This document shows positions 20,790 through 29,297 of a stretch of DNA of 64,000 bases, piece after piece. The DNA comes from a virus. The notes beneath the pieces are model-generated. The model ran no database searches. It saw only the letters and a list, made by a program, of their open reading frames with translations, and was not told the origin of the DNA. How positions within the stretch are numbered: the first letter of the stretch is position 1; each line of letters begins with the position of its first letter. Position numbers and translations under genes: made by a program. The stretch spans positions 53,728-117,727 of the IMG/VR virus record IMGVR_UViG_3300023174_003433; one strand, 5' to 3'.

Positions 20790-21985
20790 TATGGAGTTCC
20801 GCCAGCAATAACATTATTAGCAGAAATAAAGATTCCGTTTGCACCCATTGAAGCAATCACAGTTGCCCCATACTTAAATATTAATTTTCCGCCAGATTCA
20901 GATATAGAAAAATTAGAAGTTGTCAATGTATTTGCTGCAAGATTTCCAATAATTTGAGTATTGGCTACTTGTGTTGAAGAATTAAATGCTGGTGTGCCTA
21001 TTCCGGTGTTTGCAAATGTCACACGACCATAGGCATCAACAGAAATAGTTGATAATGTATATGTTCCAGGAACAACACCAGTAACCGATAATCCTTCAGT
21101 AGACGTTGAGGTGCTTGTGCTCGTAGTTGTTGTACTTGTACCAGAATATATGTTATTTGGATAACCTACAGGTACACTATACTGTAAATAATTTTGTAAC
21201 TTGGTTGTACCAATATTTAAATCTTTAATGAGATACGATGAATTTACGCCAAGATTTGAGAACTGAAGAATAGTATTGTAATCTTGAATAAGAGAAATTG
21301 AGTTTGTATAGAATGTTGTGTCGCCTACTCGCCTACTATTCAATAAATTAAATGCTGTTTGAGCCGATGCAATAATAGTATTCATTGAGGCTCTTGATAT
21401 GTCACTATAGGTATTACTGCCAACTATACTTAAACTGGCATTTAATGTGGTAGCACTACTGGATAATTGTATAACACTATTTGAAACATCTTGTACAACT
21501 GCCAAACTGGTAAAATTACCAAGAATTGGTGCATTGTTTTGAACACCATCAACTTGATTACAAATTTGCAAAACTTGCCGGCCAATCGACATAGCAATTT
21601 GATAATCTGGTATTGTGAGTTTGTTTGTTGATTCTGTTACACCAGACATTCTGTTGGTGTGGTCTGTGAAACTTGATATCTCAATTAAAAGATTATTAGC
21701 CAAAGCATTCAAAGTATTAGCTTCTATTGGTGCTACGTTATATGTTACTGTTTGAGTATTTGAATATGTGAGCAACTGGTTTGTATAACTTGTCATCAAA
21801 GTCAAATTAGCAGAATGTGGATTCTGAAAATAATTTGCAACAGAACTTCCGGACAAATCACTGGCCTGCCAAGTGTATAAAGGACTTGGATAATTTAGTG
21901 TAAGTTTTTGACCGTCAGTAAGTTCGTTGTTTGCACCAAACTTAGCTGAATCAAAATTATAATTTAATCTACCAAAAGCACTCAT
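20789..21985 (-). CDS. Putative baseplate/short-fibre structural protein
   Basis: Thr/Ser linker, TGVVPGTY...SVDAYGRVT fibre motif, C-terminus ESGGKLIFKYGATVIASM...NVIAGGTP; coupled to the adhesin gene. Confidence 0.55.
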   Translation of the reverse strand: MSAFGRLNYNFDSAKFGANNELTDGQKLTLNYPSPLYTWQASDLSGSSVANYFQNPHSANLTLMTSYTNQLLTYSNTQTVTYNVAPIEANTLNALANNLLIEISSFTDHTNRMSGVTESTNKLTIPDYQIAMSIGRQVLQICNQVDGVQNNAPILGNFTSLAVVQDVSNSVIQLSSSATTLNASLSIVGSNTYSDISRASMNTIIASAQTAFNLLNSRRVGDTTFYTNSISLIQDYNTILQFSNLGVNSSYLIKDLNIGTTKLQNYLQYSVPVGYPNNIYSGTSTTTTSTSTSTSTEGLSVTGVVPGTYTLSTISVDAYGRVTFANTGIGTPAFNSSTQVANTQIIGNLAANTLTTSNFSISESGGKLIFKYGATVIASMGANGIFISANNVIAGGTP

Positions 21986-21993
21986 TTATATTC

Positions 21994-22740
21994 TCACATT
22001 AAAGGTGTAGGTAAAGAAGTAACGCCAAAATCTTTACTTAAAACTGCATGATTGTGTATGTCATAAATTATACGATCCATCACCATAGTTCGTACTATAT
22101 CTGTCACCATAATTCCTGATACCCAACCTGGAATAGGATTTAAAGGTACAGGAGAACCAGCAGAAATATAACCTGGCGTTACCATGCCCAATGTAGCAAA
22201 ACATTGTAAGCCAGCATTTAAATTACCTAATGCTGAAACACTTTGTGTTGCAGCCACACTACCCGTCACATTCAATTGGCCATCGACATTGATTGCTTGA
22301 GCCTGTAAACTAATATCACCAGATGAAGCAATATCTACATCACCTTTGCCAACTATTTTTGTGGTGCCATCAACTGTCTGTGTAACATCACCTTTGACTT
22401 GTTGAGTGACGTTGCCCTCTACTTTCATCAAACTATCACCTTTGATGGTTACAACACAAGCACCTTCAATAGTAATATTACATTGGCCAGTAATTTGTAC
22501 ATCTTTATCACCTAAAACAATCTCGTAGCCATTACCATAAATTTTATGAACTTCACCATCAGGTTGCATTTCTAAAAATGTACCATCACGATGTTGAACA
22601 CGCACACGCTCCCTATTAGGTGTGTCATCCATTTCTATTAAATGGCCAGATTCAGATTGTTGTGCCTTATTATATGGGTATTGTGGCGGATTATCTGAAT
22701 CTACTACGACCGGTTCTGTCCATGAACTATCTATTGTCAT
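21994..22740 (-). CDS. gp5: Baseplate spike, C-terminal half of a split gp5 (beta-helix, HxH apex)
   Basis: YPYN....SESGH..E.DDTP..ER....HR.GTF.E..PDG, V.G repeats, terminal YDIHNH. Confidence 0.85.
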   Translation of the reverse strand: MTIDSSWTEPVVVDSDNPPQYPYNKAQQSESGHLIEMDDTPNRERVRVQHRDGTFLEMQPDGEVHKIYGNGYEIVLGDKDVQITGQCNITIEGACVVTIKGDSLMKVEGNVTQQVKGDVTQTVDGTTKIVGKGDVDIASSGDISLQAQAINVDGQLNVTGSVAATQSVSALGNLNAGLQCFATLGMVTPGYISAGSPVPLNPIPGWVSGIMVTDIVRTMVMDRIIYDIHNHAVLSKDFGVTSLPTPLM

Positions 22741-22748
22741 TACTCATC

Positions 22749-23690
22749 CTATGATAATTGTGGTACTACTAAAGCCGTATTTCCGCTGGCCACCACTTCT
22801 TGTATATTAATTGCTGATTGCACTTCTGCTTTTAATTCATTCAACACAGCAGTTTGGTCAGTCAACGTGCTAACTACTTGTTGAGCAGCTTTTAATTCAA
22901 CTGTTGCTTCGGCTAAACATTTTGCTAATAATGCCTGTAATTGTGCTGGCAGGCTTTGTATATATGCGATTAATTGTTGTAGATACTTTATGTATTCTTG
23001 GTAAGCTCGTATCTCATCAATAATAGGCTCTATTTCTTTTTGAATTAATTTAACTTTTGCTTTTAATGCCAGAGCAACTTCTTTTGCTTCTTCAATAATA
23101 GGTGTGCTTGATGTGCCGGCCCACAAGCCTTCTAATGTTGTTCGTATTAACTTAACGATACCCATAACTTCAGATTTAATCACTGCAACATCTTTATTAA
23201 TCTCTACAGCTACGTTACAGATGTGTGTACGATTATTGGCCGCTCGACCTTGAGGAGTATTTGCAACTACACCTCTGGCTGAAGGTGATGTGGTGGGCTG
23301 TCCTACTGATTCAACAACAATACCATCTGGTGGTTTGGGTGCAGCTGCAATTTGTGCTGGTGTTCTTGGATCTTGGAAACCTGCATCACCGCCTGCAGAT
23401 TGTTTTATGCCAGAATATACTCCCATAATTACAGGATCTTGATTTGATTCACCATCAGCAAAAAATCCTACGACATATTCTCCTTCTTTAGGAGGTGAAA
23501 AATTTTGTGTTGAATTTGGTGAAACAAGACAAGCCGCCCATGGTAAATCTGCTGTGGGTATTAATTGTTTATTTTCTGTATGATAACCAAAAATACGAAC
23601 TTGACACCGACCCAACTTTAAAGGATCAGTTCGAGTTTCTACAACACCGACCCACCAATTAAACCCATCTTTTCCAATAAAATTTTCCAT
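22749..23690 (-). CDS. gp5: Baseplate hub, N-terminal OB-fold half of a split gp5, with a helical extension
   Basis: F.WWVGVVE.R.DPLKLGRCQVRIFGYH...IPT.DLPWA, G..VVGFF.DG...Q.PVIMG. Confidence 0.88.
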   Translation of the reverse strand: MENFIGKDGFNWWVGVVETRTDPLKLGRCQVRIFGYHTENKQLIPTADLPWAACLVSPNSTQNFSPPKEGEYVVGFFADGESNQDPVIMGVYSGIKQSAGGDAGFQDPRTPAQIAAAPKPPDGIVVESVGQPTTSPSARGVVANTPQGRAANNRTHICNVAVEINKDVAVIKSEVMGIVKLIRTTLEGLWAGTSSTPIIEEAKEVALALKAKVKLIQKEIEPIIDEIRAYQEYIKYLQQLIAYIQSLPAQLQALLAKCLAEATVELKAAQQVVSTLTDQTAVLNELKAEVQSAINIQEVVASGNTALVVPQLS

Positions 23691-25063
23691 TATCCTTCTA
23701 ATGCCTTATTGTAATCAGAGTTATAATTAATGTTTTGATATGCCTGTGCTGAACTATCTTTAGCCAATTCTAAAACAGTTTGATAACCGGTTGGTACGAT
23801 AATATGCCTTACAGCCGTGACCAAATATTTACCTGAATAAAATTTATCCATTTCTTTTCCATTTGCCATTGGCTTTAAAGATGGTAATTGAATATTCACC
23901 GTTCTACCTGCCGTTATCGAAGCATTTCCTGGTACTGTAGCTTTAATAATTGTATAATTGGCCAAAGCAATTTGAGCCGTTCTGGTTGGAATAAATGTTT
24001 CAACAAAAATGTCCTTGGCAACTCCTGCTTCTTTATCTTTAATATAAGCCACATCTTGCTGATTGGCATTTCCAAAAAGAACTTTTATTGTTCCATCGTA
24101 ACTTTCATTTGAATTTGTACCAAGTCTATTTTTTATTGTATTTGATGGACTATTTGGATTTAAAGTCTTTGCTTGAGGTTTAAATTTATTGTAATTAAAT
24201 ATTGTTGTTTTGTATTTTCTTGTTAATGGATCAATTGTTATTACTTTATTTGCAAATGTTCCAGAACTAATTTCTTCTAAAGCATCAAAAGGTTTTACAA
24301 TTTCATAATTTAGTATACTCATAAATTTTTCTTGTGTACTTTCCACATTTTCTGGCAAATTTTGCATTTGGTATTTGTATGTTCCAAATACAGGATCAAT
24401 ATACATTGACTGTAATGACCTAAAATTGTAACCATTCTGTGTTTCAAAGAATAACATATCAGCACCAACATAATTCAATGGCCTAGCGTAAGTTGATAAC
24501 CAAGAGATTGCTTCAAGTGGCTTTAAACGAGGTATAATAAAATCATAAACACCTTTGGTTTTTTCAATTACTTGCACTCTTTCTTTTTTTATTTTTAATT
24601 GTTCATATACTATATTTTCAATAATCTTATGAATTTCTGTGCCTTTATAAGATTTACTAATTTTAATTTGTTCCGACAAAAGTAATTCTTCTGAACAAAA
24701 ATACAAAGTATAGAATTCAGTATTTAAATTGCCCGCAGGCACTCTTGGCCCAACTTTGTATACTCGAAACTTTTGTACATTTTCACTTGGATCATTTTTG
24801 ATTTTACTGAATACGACTTCGATATATTCATTACCTGTTAACTGTAATAACTCAATAAAACCTTGTGAATCAGTTACCGTAACATAACCAGAAGAAACAA
24901 AATTGTAGATATCTTCATAATATGAAAACTCTCCTAGAATTCTTTTTAACTCTATTCGTTGACCATTGGCGGTCAAAAAATTTAAAGTTTTTAAATTGTA
25001 ATCTTGAGGATAATATAAACCTGGTGATTCTACCCCATCAGGAAAAGATACGATTTCAGCCAT
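23690..25063 (-). CDS. Baseplate hub protein (gp27-like)
   Basis: SYYEDI...SG.V.V.DS, LFFET..GYNFRSL, VPGN.....G, SGKYLVTAVRH; located between gp53 and gp5. Confidence 0.65.
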   Translation of the reverse strand: MAEIVSFPDGVESPGLYYPQDYNLKTLNFLTANGQRIELKRILGEFSYYEDIYNFVSSGYVTVTDSQGFIELLQLTGNEYIEVVFSKIKNDPSENVQKFRVYKVGPRVPAGNLNTEFYTLYFCSEELLLSEQIKISKSYKGTEIHKIIENIVYEQLKIKKERVQVIEKTKGVYDFIIPRLKPLEAISWLSTYARPLNYVGADMLFFETQNGYNFRSLQSMYIDPVFGTYKYQMQNLPENVESTQEKFMSILNYEIVKPFDALEEISSGTFANKVITIDPLTRKYKTTIFNYNKFKPQAKTLNPNSPSNTIKNRLGTNSNESYDGTIKVLFGNANQQDVAYIKDKEAGVAKDIFVETFIPTRTAQIALANYTIIKATVPGNASITAGRTVNIQLPSLKPMANGKEMDKFYSGKYLVTAVRHIIVPTGYQTVLELAKDSSAQAYQNINYNSDYNKALEG

Positions 25064-25064
25064 G

Positions 25065-25664
25065 TTAAGTTGTCAACAATTGTTTAAATTGTTCTTCAAA
25101 TTGATTAACGTAAATTGAATTTAAAATTTTAATGTTTCTTTTTGATTCATTCAAATCTAATTCATAATCATAGACACTAACTGCATTACGTTCTGTAGTT
25201 ATTGTTACAGGTCCAGTAGGTAAAGTATATGTTGCTGTTTGAGTAACCGGTAAAAGATTGTATGCATCTTCATCAATTCTAACTTTATTTACTGTGGTTG
25301 TTTGAGTATTAGAATCATACTGTGTTATTATTTTTTCATAATATTCCACTTCAGAATATACATTTGTTGAAGGATACTTATCTGCAAGATATTGTTCGAA
25401 CACTCTAGAAGTCATTGGCCAATCCCATTGAGGATCTAATAATTCATTTGCAAACAATACAATCCAATAACGATATGAATCACCATAGTATTTGTGTGCA
25501 ATAATTTCTGGTGTATCACCTTCTTGAATATCGTATGTATAATACAATAAAGGATCTTTAAGTATTTCTGGTATTACACTTACACGAGCCAATAAATTAG
25601 TATAGATTGAAGCTACACCATTTTGTGTATAGAGAACTTTTGGTAAAGTATCAAAATATTGCAT
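25065..25664 (-). CDS. gp53: Baseplate wedge subunit gp53 (LysM-like)
   Basis: Y.IQEGDTPEIIAHKYYGD...YWIVL..N...DPQWDWP, YE...NE.KR.IKIL. Confidence 0.92.
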   Translation of the reverse strand: MQYFDTLPKVLYTQNGVASIYTNLLARVSVIPEILKDPLLYYTYDIQEGDTPEIIAHKYYGDSYRYWIVLFANELLDPQWDWPMTSRVFEQYLADKYPSTNVYSEVEYYEKIITQYDSNTQTTTVNKVRIDEDAYNLLPVTQTATYTLPTGPVTITTERNAVSVYDYELDLNESKRNIKILNSIYVNQFEEQFKQLLTT

Positions 25665-25666
25665 TT

Positions 25667-26611
25667 TTAATATCCTTGAGCAATTTTTTTCTTGTCAACA
25701 AGTTCAATTTCTTTGAAATTCATTGTCAATGTTGTTTGTACTGGTGCACCATCTGTGTGTGCTGACCATCCATTAGGCGCATAATTGACATCGATACTGT
25801 CGATCACACTTTCTGTCACTTTAGAAATGTTTTTGTTTATATCATTATTATATAAAAAATCAATTTTAAATGTGCTAGGAGGAATAAAAAACATACCAAA
25901 AGCTGCATCTGTTATTTTTGGTAGTGCAGCCTCTTTAAATAATGTAATTATTTTTTTCACATCTTCTGCCTCTTGTTGAGAATATGGTGTAAATGTGAAC
26001 GCCAATTGATATGACCTAAAATCAATCGTATCAAACAATAACTGATTCAATGGATTTAAAGCTAAACCTTGAGTTGCTAAAGCCAATCGAGTAATATCAG
26101 ATTCAATAGCTGCCGTAATATTTTTTTGAGCTGTTGCATTTGGAATTGCTTTGATTAATGTATTTCTTAATCCCAAATTATTATATTGTGGAGTGTATTG
26201 AAAATTTACTGTATCTGGCATATACAAAGCTACTGTTGCAACTTGCCGGGTTTGCCTTTTTGTAAGACTTAAATTTATATTATTGTCTTTTGCAAAAGTG
26301 GTTCCAAAATCAGAGAATGCATCCCACGCACTTCTTGCAAGGTCAGTTAATCCTCTGGACTCAACTGAATTTAATTTTTGGCCTAATGCTTCAACTGCCG
26401 ATGCTGTTTTAGAGGAAGAAAAGGATATTGGTTGTATTTCATTTATAGTAAATTTTATGGCGTGGCCTTTGGTTGCTGAACCCAAATCTCTAGGATACTG
26501 ATAGTTTGCCAGTTTATATTTACTATCAAATAAAGCTCCCAAAGGACCTTTTGTTGTAGTACCAGGTATACTTACACCACCGATTGAGGTTGGAATAGAA
26601 ATGATGGCCAT
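25667..26611 (-). CDS. gp48: Baseplate tail-tube cap gp48
   Basis: YQYPRDL, LYMP, NP....LF....FR.....F.F.P.S..EA, V.YAPNG, PV...LT..FKE.E. Confidence 0.85.
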   Translation of the reverse strand: MAIISIPTSIGGVSIPGTTTKGPLGALFDSKYKLANYQYPRDLGSATKGHAIKFTINEIQPISFSSSKTASAVEALGQKLNSVESRGLTDLARSAWDAFSDFGTTFAKDNNINLSLTKRQTRQVATVALYMPDTVNFQYTPQYNNLGLRNTLIKAIPNATAQKNITAAIESDITRLALATQGLALNPLNQLLFDTIDFRSYQLAFTFTPYSQQEAEDVKKIITLFKEAALPKITDAAFGMFFIPPSTFKIDFLYNNDINKNISKVTESVIDSIDVNYAPNGWSAHTDGAPVQTTLTMNFKEIELVDKKKIAQGY

Positions 26612-26633
26612 TGATTTCTCTTTTTAGATTGAA

Positions 26634-26647
26634 TATACATATTTATA
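26634..26647. promoter_or_regulatory. Overlapping divergent late promoters (TATAAATA minus strand 26640-47; TATACATA plus strand 26634-41)
   Basis: Sit exactly at the strand switch between gp48 and gp4. Confidence 0.65.
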
Positions 26648-27081
26648 TGGCTTACCAAGGAATATTCAGACCAAAAAACCCTCAAAAATATATTGGGGAC
26701 TCAAATAACATTGTGTATCGCTCTTCATGGGAATGTAGAGTGATGAACTGGTTCGACCAGAATGATGACATTATATCATGGGCAAGTGAAGAATTGATTG
26801 TTCCTTATAAATCTCCAATCGATAATCGTTTTCACCGGTACTTTCCTGATTTCATAGTAAAAGTTAAAACCAGAGATGGTACAATGAAAACATTGATGAT
26901 AGAGGTCAAACCAAAGAAACAAACCGTACCACCAGAACCAAGAAAACGAGTTACCAAACAATACATAACTGAAGTTACAACATATGGTGTCAATCAGGCC
27001 AAATGGAAAGCCGCTCAAGAATATTGTTTAGACCGTGGCTGGGAGTTCAAAATAATGACAGAAGAACATTTGGGACTGTAA
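26647..27081 (+). CDS. gp4: Head completion nuclease gp4
   Basis: MAYQG.F.P.NP.KY.GD...I.YRSSWE, W.SEE..VPY.SP.D...HRYFPDF, IEVKP.KQT, NQAKW.AA. Confidence 0.95.
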   Translation: MAYQGIFRPKNPQKYIGDSNNIVYRSSWECRVMNWFDQNDDIISWASEELIVPYKSPIDNRFHRYFPDFIVKVKTRDGTMKTLMIEVKPKKQTVPPEPRKRVTKQYITEVTTYGVNQAKWKAAQEYCLDRGWEFKIMTEEHLGL

Positions 27082-27093
27082 CTAAATACTTCA

Positions 27094-27687
27094 ATGGAAT
27101 CTAAACTTACACTATTGGCCAAAGAACGGTCATCTTCAGAAATGAAAGTGATGTCCAAGCAATCATTAGATTGGCTGGCACAGAAGATTGCTCAACTAAA
27201 AGGAACAGCAAGCATACCAATCGGCATGAGCCGTGAAAAGTTTAGGCAAGTGAATGATTTTAGATTGGGTAAACTATATTGTTTTTACTACGATCCAAAA
27301 GGTAAAGAAGATTTGCCATACTATGACCGTTTTCCAATGGTATTGGCAATCGAAAAATATAATGATGGTTTTTTAGGCCTAAACCTTCATTATTTGCCAT
27401 TTAATTATCGGATGGCATTTTTAGGTAAACTACTTAAATTTGCGGTCCAAGGTGAACCAGGAGAAATTGACAGGTTGAGAGTCACCTATGATATTTTAGT
27501 CGCCTCCAGACGCCTTAAAGAGTTTCGGCCTTGTATTAAACGTTATCTTTCTGGTCATATCCAGTCAAAGATACTTGCCATCCAACCTAATGAGTGGGAT
27601 ATTGCCGCTTTTCTGCCATTACAGCAGTTCAGAGGTGCCAAATCCCAACAAGTGTGGCAAGAATCATTAGAACAAATAAGGAACTAA
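27094..27687 (+). CDS. gp2: DNA end protector gp2
   Basis: YDPKGK..LPYYDRFP, GF.GLNLHYLP, PCIKRYL..H. Confidence 0.93.
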   Translation: MESKLTLLAKERSSSEMKVMSKQSLDWLAQKIAQLKGTASIPIGMSREKFRQVNDFRLGKLYCFYYDPKGKEDLPYYDRFPMVLAIEKYNDGFLGLNLHYLPFNYRMAFLGKLLKFAVQGEPGEIDRLRVTYDILVASRRLKEFRPCIKRYLSGHIQSKILAIQPNEWDIAAFLPLQQFRGAKSQQVWQESLEQIRN

Positions 27688-27688
27688 A

Positions 27689-28369
27689 ATGGCAGGTAGC
27701 ATTAGCGAATTTAAATCAAGTTTTCGTGGTGACCTAGCACGACCAAACAAATTTGATGTCAATGTTAATATTCCATTGGTATTAATACCATATGTTGCTG
27801 GTGCAAGGTCATTAAATTTTCGTTGCGAGAATACTCAATTACCTGGTAGAACACTTGCCACTACAGAACAAAAAACATATGGACCAATTGAAAAGTTTCC
27901 ATATTTAAACACCTATAATGATATTGATTTAACATTTATTGTTGATGATGACATGCAACAAAAGATATTATTTGATGCTTGGCTAAACTTTATTAATCCA
28001 TTGTACAATAATAATATTCGTTATAAACAAGAATATGCAACCATATTGACAATTAATCAATATGATGTAACCAATAAAGTATCATATTCTATTAATTTGT
28101 ATGACGCTTTTCCCATTTCACTAAATCAAATGGATTTAGATTGGAGTGGAGATGGTTATCATAAACTAGGAGTGACTTTTGCCTATACCTACTGGCAAAA
28201 CAATTCTCTACAATCGCTTGGTATGCAGTTTGTCGATGCGGGTATTGCTGCAGTATCAAGCATTTTAAATGGTGGACCAGAACTAACACAATTTGGTATA
28301 AGTCCTCCAGACCAATCAGCATCTTTTAGTGCTGAAGCTTTACGAGAAAGAACTACAAATTTAATATGA
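27689..28369 (+). CDS. gp54: Tail tube initiator gp54 (gp19 family)
   Basis: LARPNKF.V, CE...LPGR, L.DAFP.....L.W, VTFAY.YW. Confidence 0.75.
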   Translation: MAGSISEFKSSFRGDLARPNKFDVNVNIPLVLIPYVAGARSLNFRCENTQLPGRTLATTEQKTYGPIEKFPYLNTYNDIDLTFIVDDDMQQKILFDAWLNFINPLYNNNIRYKQEYATILTINQYDVTNKVSYSINLYDAFPISLNQMDLDWSGDGYHKLGVTFAYTYWQNNSLQSLGMQFVDAGIAAVSSILNGGPELTQFGISPPDQSASFSAEALRERTTNLI

Positions 28370-28386
28370 TTATATAAGGAGTTATT

Positions 28387-29112
28387 ATGGCTTTACCAAA
28401 ACTTGATGTACCAATCTATGAACTTGAATTGCCTTTATCTAAAAAGAAAATTCGTTATCGTCCTTTTCTTGTAAAAGAGCAAAAGAATTTATTAATGGCC
28501 ATTGAATCTTCTGATTCAAATACTGTACAACAAAGTGTTCGTGACATTTTAAATAATTGCACAGTTACAGAAGGTATTGAAATCGATAAATTGCCTATTA
28601 TTGATATTGAATATTATTTTATTAATCTGAGAGCCAAATCTGTAGGTGAAGTTGTTGAATCAAAATATAAGTGTAATAATATTGTTGATGATAAAGAGTG
28701 TGGCAATATTATGGAAAAGAATATTGATTTAACAAAAATACAAGTTACATTTCCAGAAAATGCGGAATCAGAAATTCAACTCACACCAAAGATTTCAATC
28801 AAAATGAAATATCCTGAATTTAGTGTGGTTAAAGATTCTCTAAAATATGAAGATATTAGTCAAGTAACCTTTAATATGATTGCTCAATCAATCGAGTATA
28901 TTTACGATGGTGAACAGTTTTATTATGGCCATGAAGCACAACCTGGTGAAATGTTAGAATTTGTAGAAGGCATGAACCAAGAACAATTCTCTAAAGTAGA
29001 AAAGTTCTTAGAGAATTTACCAAAATTAAAAGAAGATGTGAACATTACCTGTGGTAAGTGTGGGTTTAACCACACGATAGAGGTGGAAGGGTTAGAAAGT
29101 TTTTTCGGTTAA
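28387..29112 (+). CDS. gp26: Baseplate hub assembly protein gp26
   Basis: MALPK...P.YEL.LP.....I.YRPFLVKEQK.LL.A, D.EY.F..LRAKSVGE, C.KCG......EGL.SFF. Confidence 0.92.
   Translation: MALPKLDVPIYELELPLSKKKIRYRPFLVKEQKNLLMAIESSDSNTVQQSVRDILNNCTVTEGIEIDKLPIIDIEYYFINLRAKSVGEVVESKYKCNNIVDDKECGNIMEKNIDLTKIQVTFPENAESEIQLTPKISIKMKYPEFSVVKDSLKYEDISQVTFNMIAQSIEYIYDGEQFYYGHEAQPGEMLEFVEGMNQEQFSKVEKFLENLPKLKEDVNITCGKCGFNHTIEVEGLESFFG
29100..29106 (+). other. Predicted -1 ribosomal frameshift site T TTT TTC joining gp26 to gp51
   Basis: X XXY YYZ heptamer in the gp26 frame just before its stop; SD-like GAGGTGG at 29080-86; -1 frame continues into gp51. Confidence 0.7.
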
Positions 29113-29294
29113 CATTTCGTCATGACAATCTGAGTAATTATTATAAAACAAATTTTGCTTTAATGCAACACCACAAATACAGTTTGACCGAACTTGAAAA
29201 TATGTTACCTTGGGAAAGAGATATTTACATATCTTTGTTGATTTCGTATATTGAAGAAGAAAATCAAAAAATTAAAGAAAGACAAAGAAAATAG
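29100..29294 (+). CDS. gp51: Baseplate hub assembly catalyst gp51 (absent from ORF track; first ATG at 29163)
   Basis: Translates FFRLTFRHDNLSNYYKTNFALMQHHKYSLTELENMLPWERDIYISLLISYIEEENQKIKERQRK*. Confidence 0.88.
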   Translation, partial: FFRLTFRHDNLSNYYKTNFALMQHHKYSLTELENMLPWERDIYISLLISYIEEENQKIKERQRK

Positions 29295-29297
29295 TAA

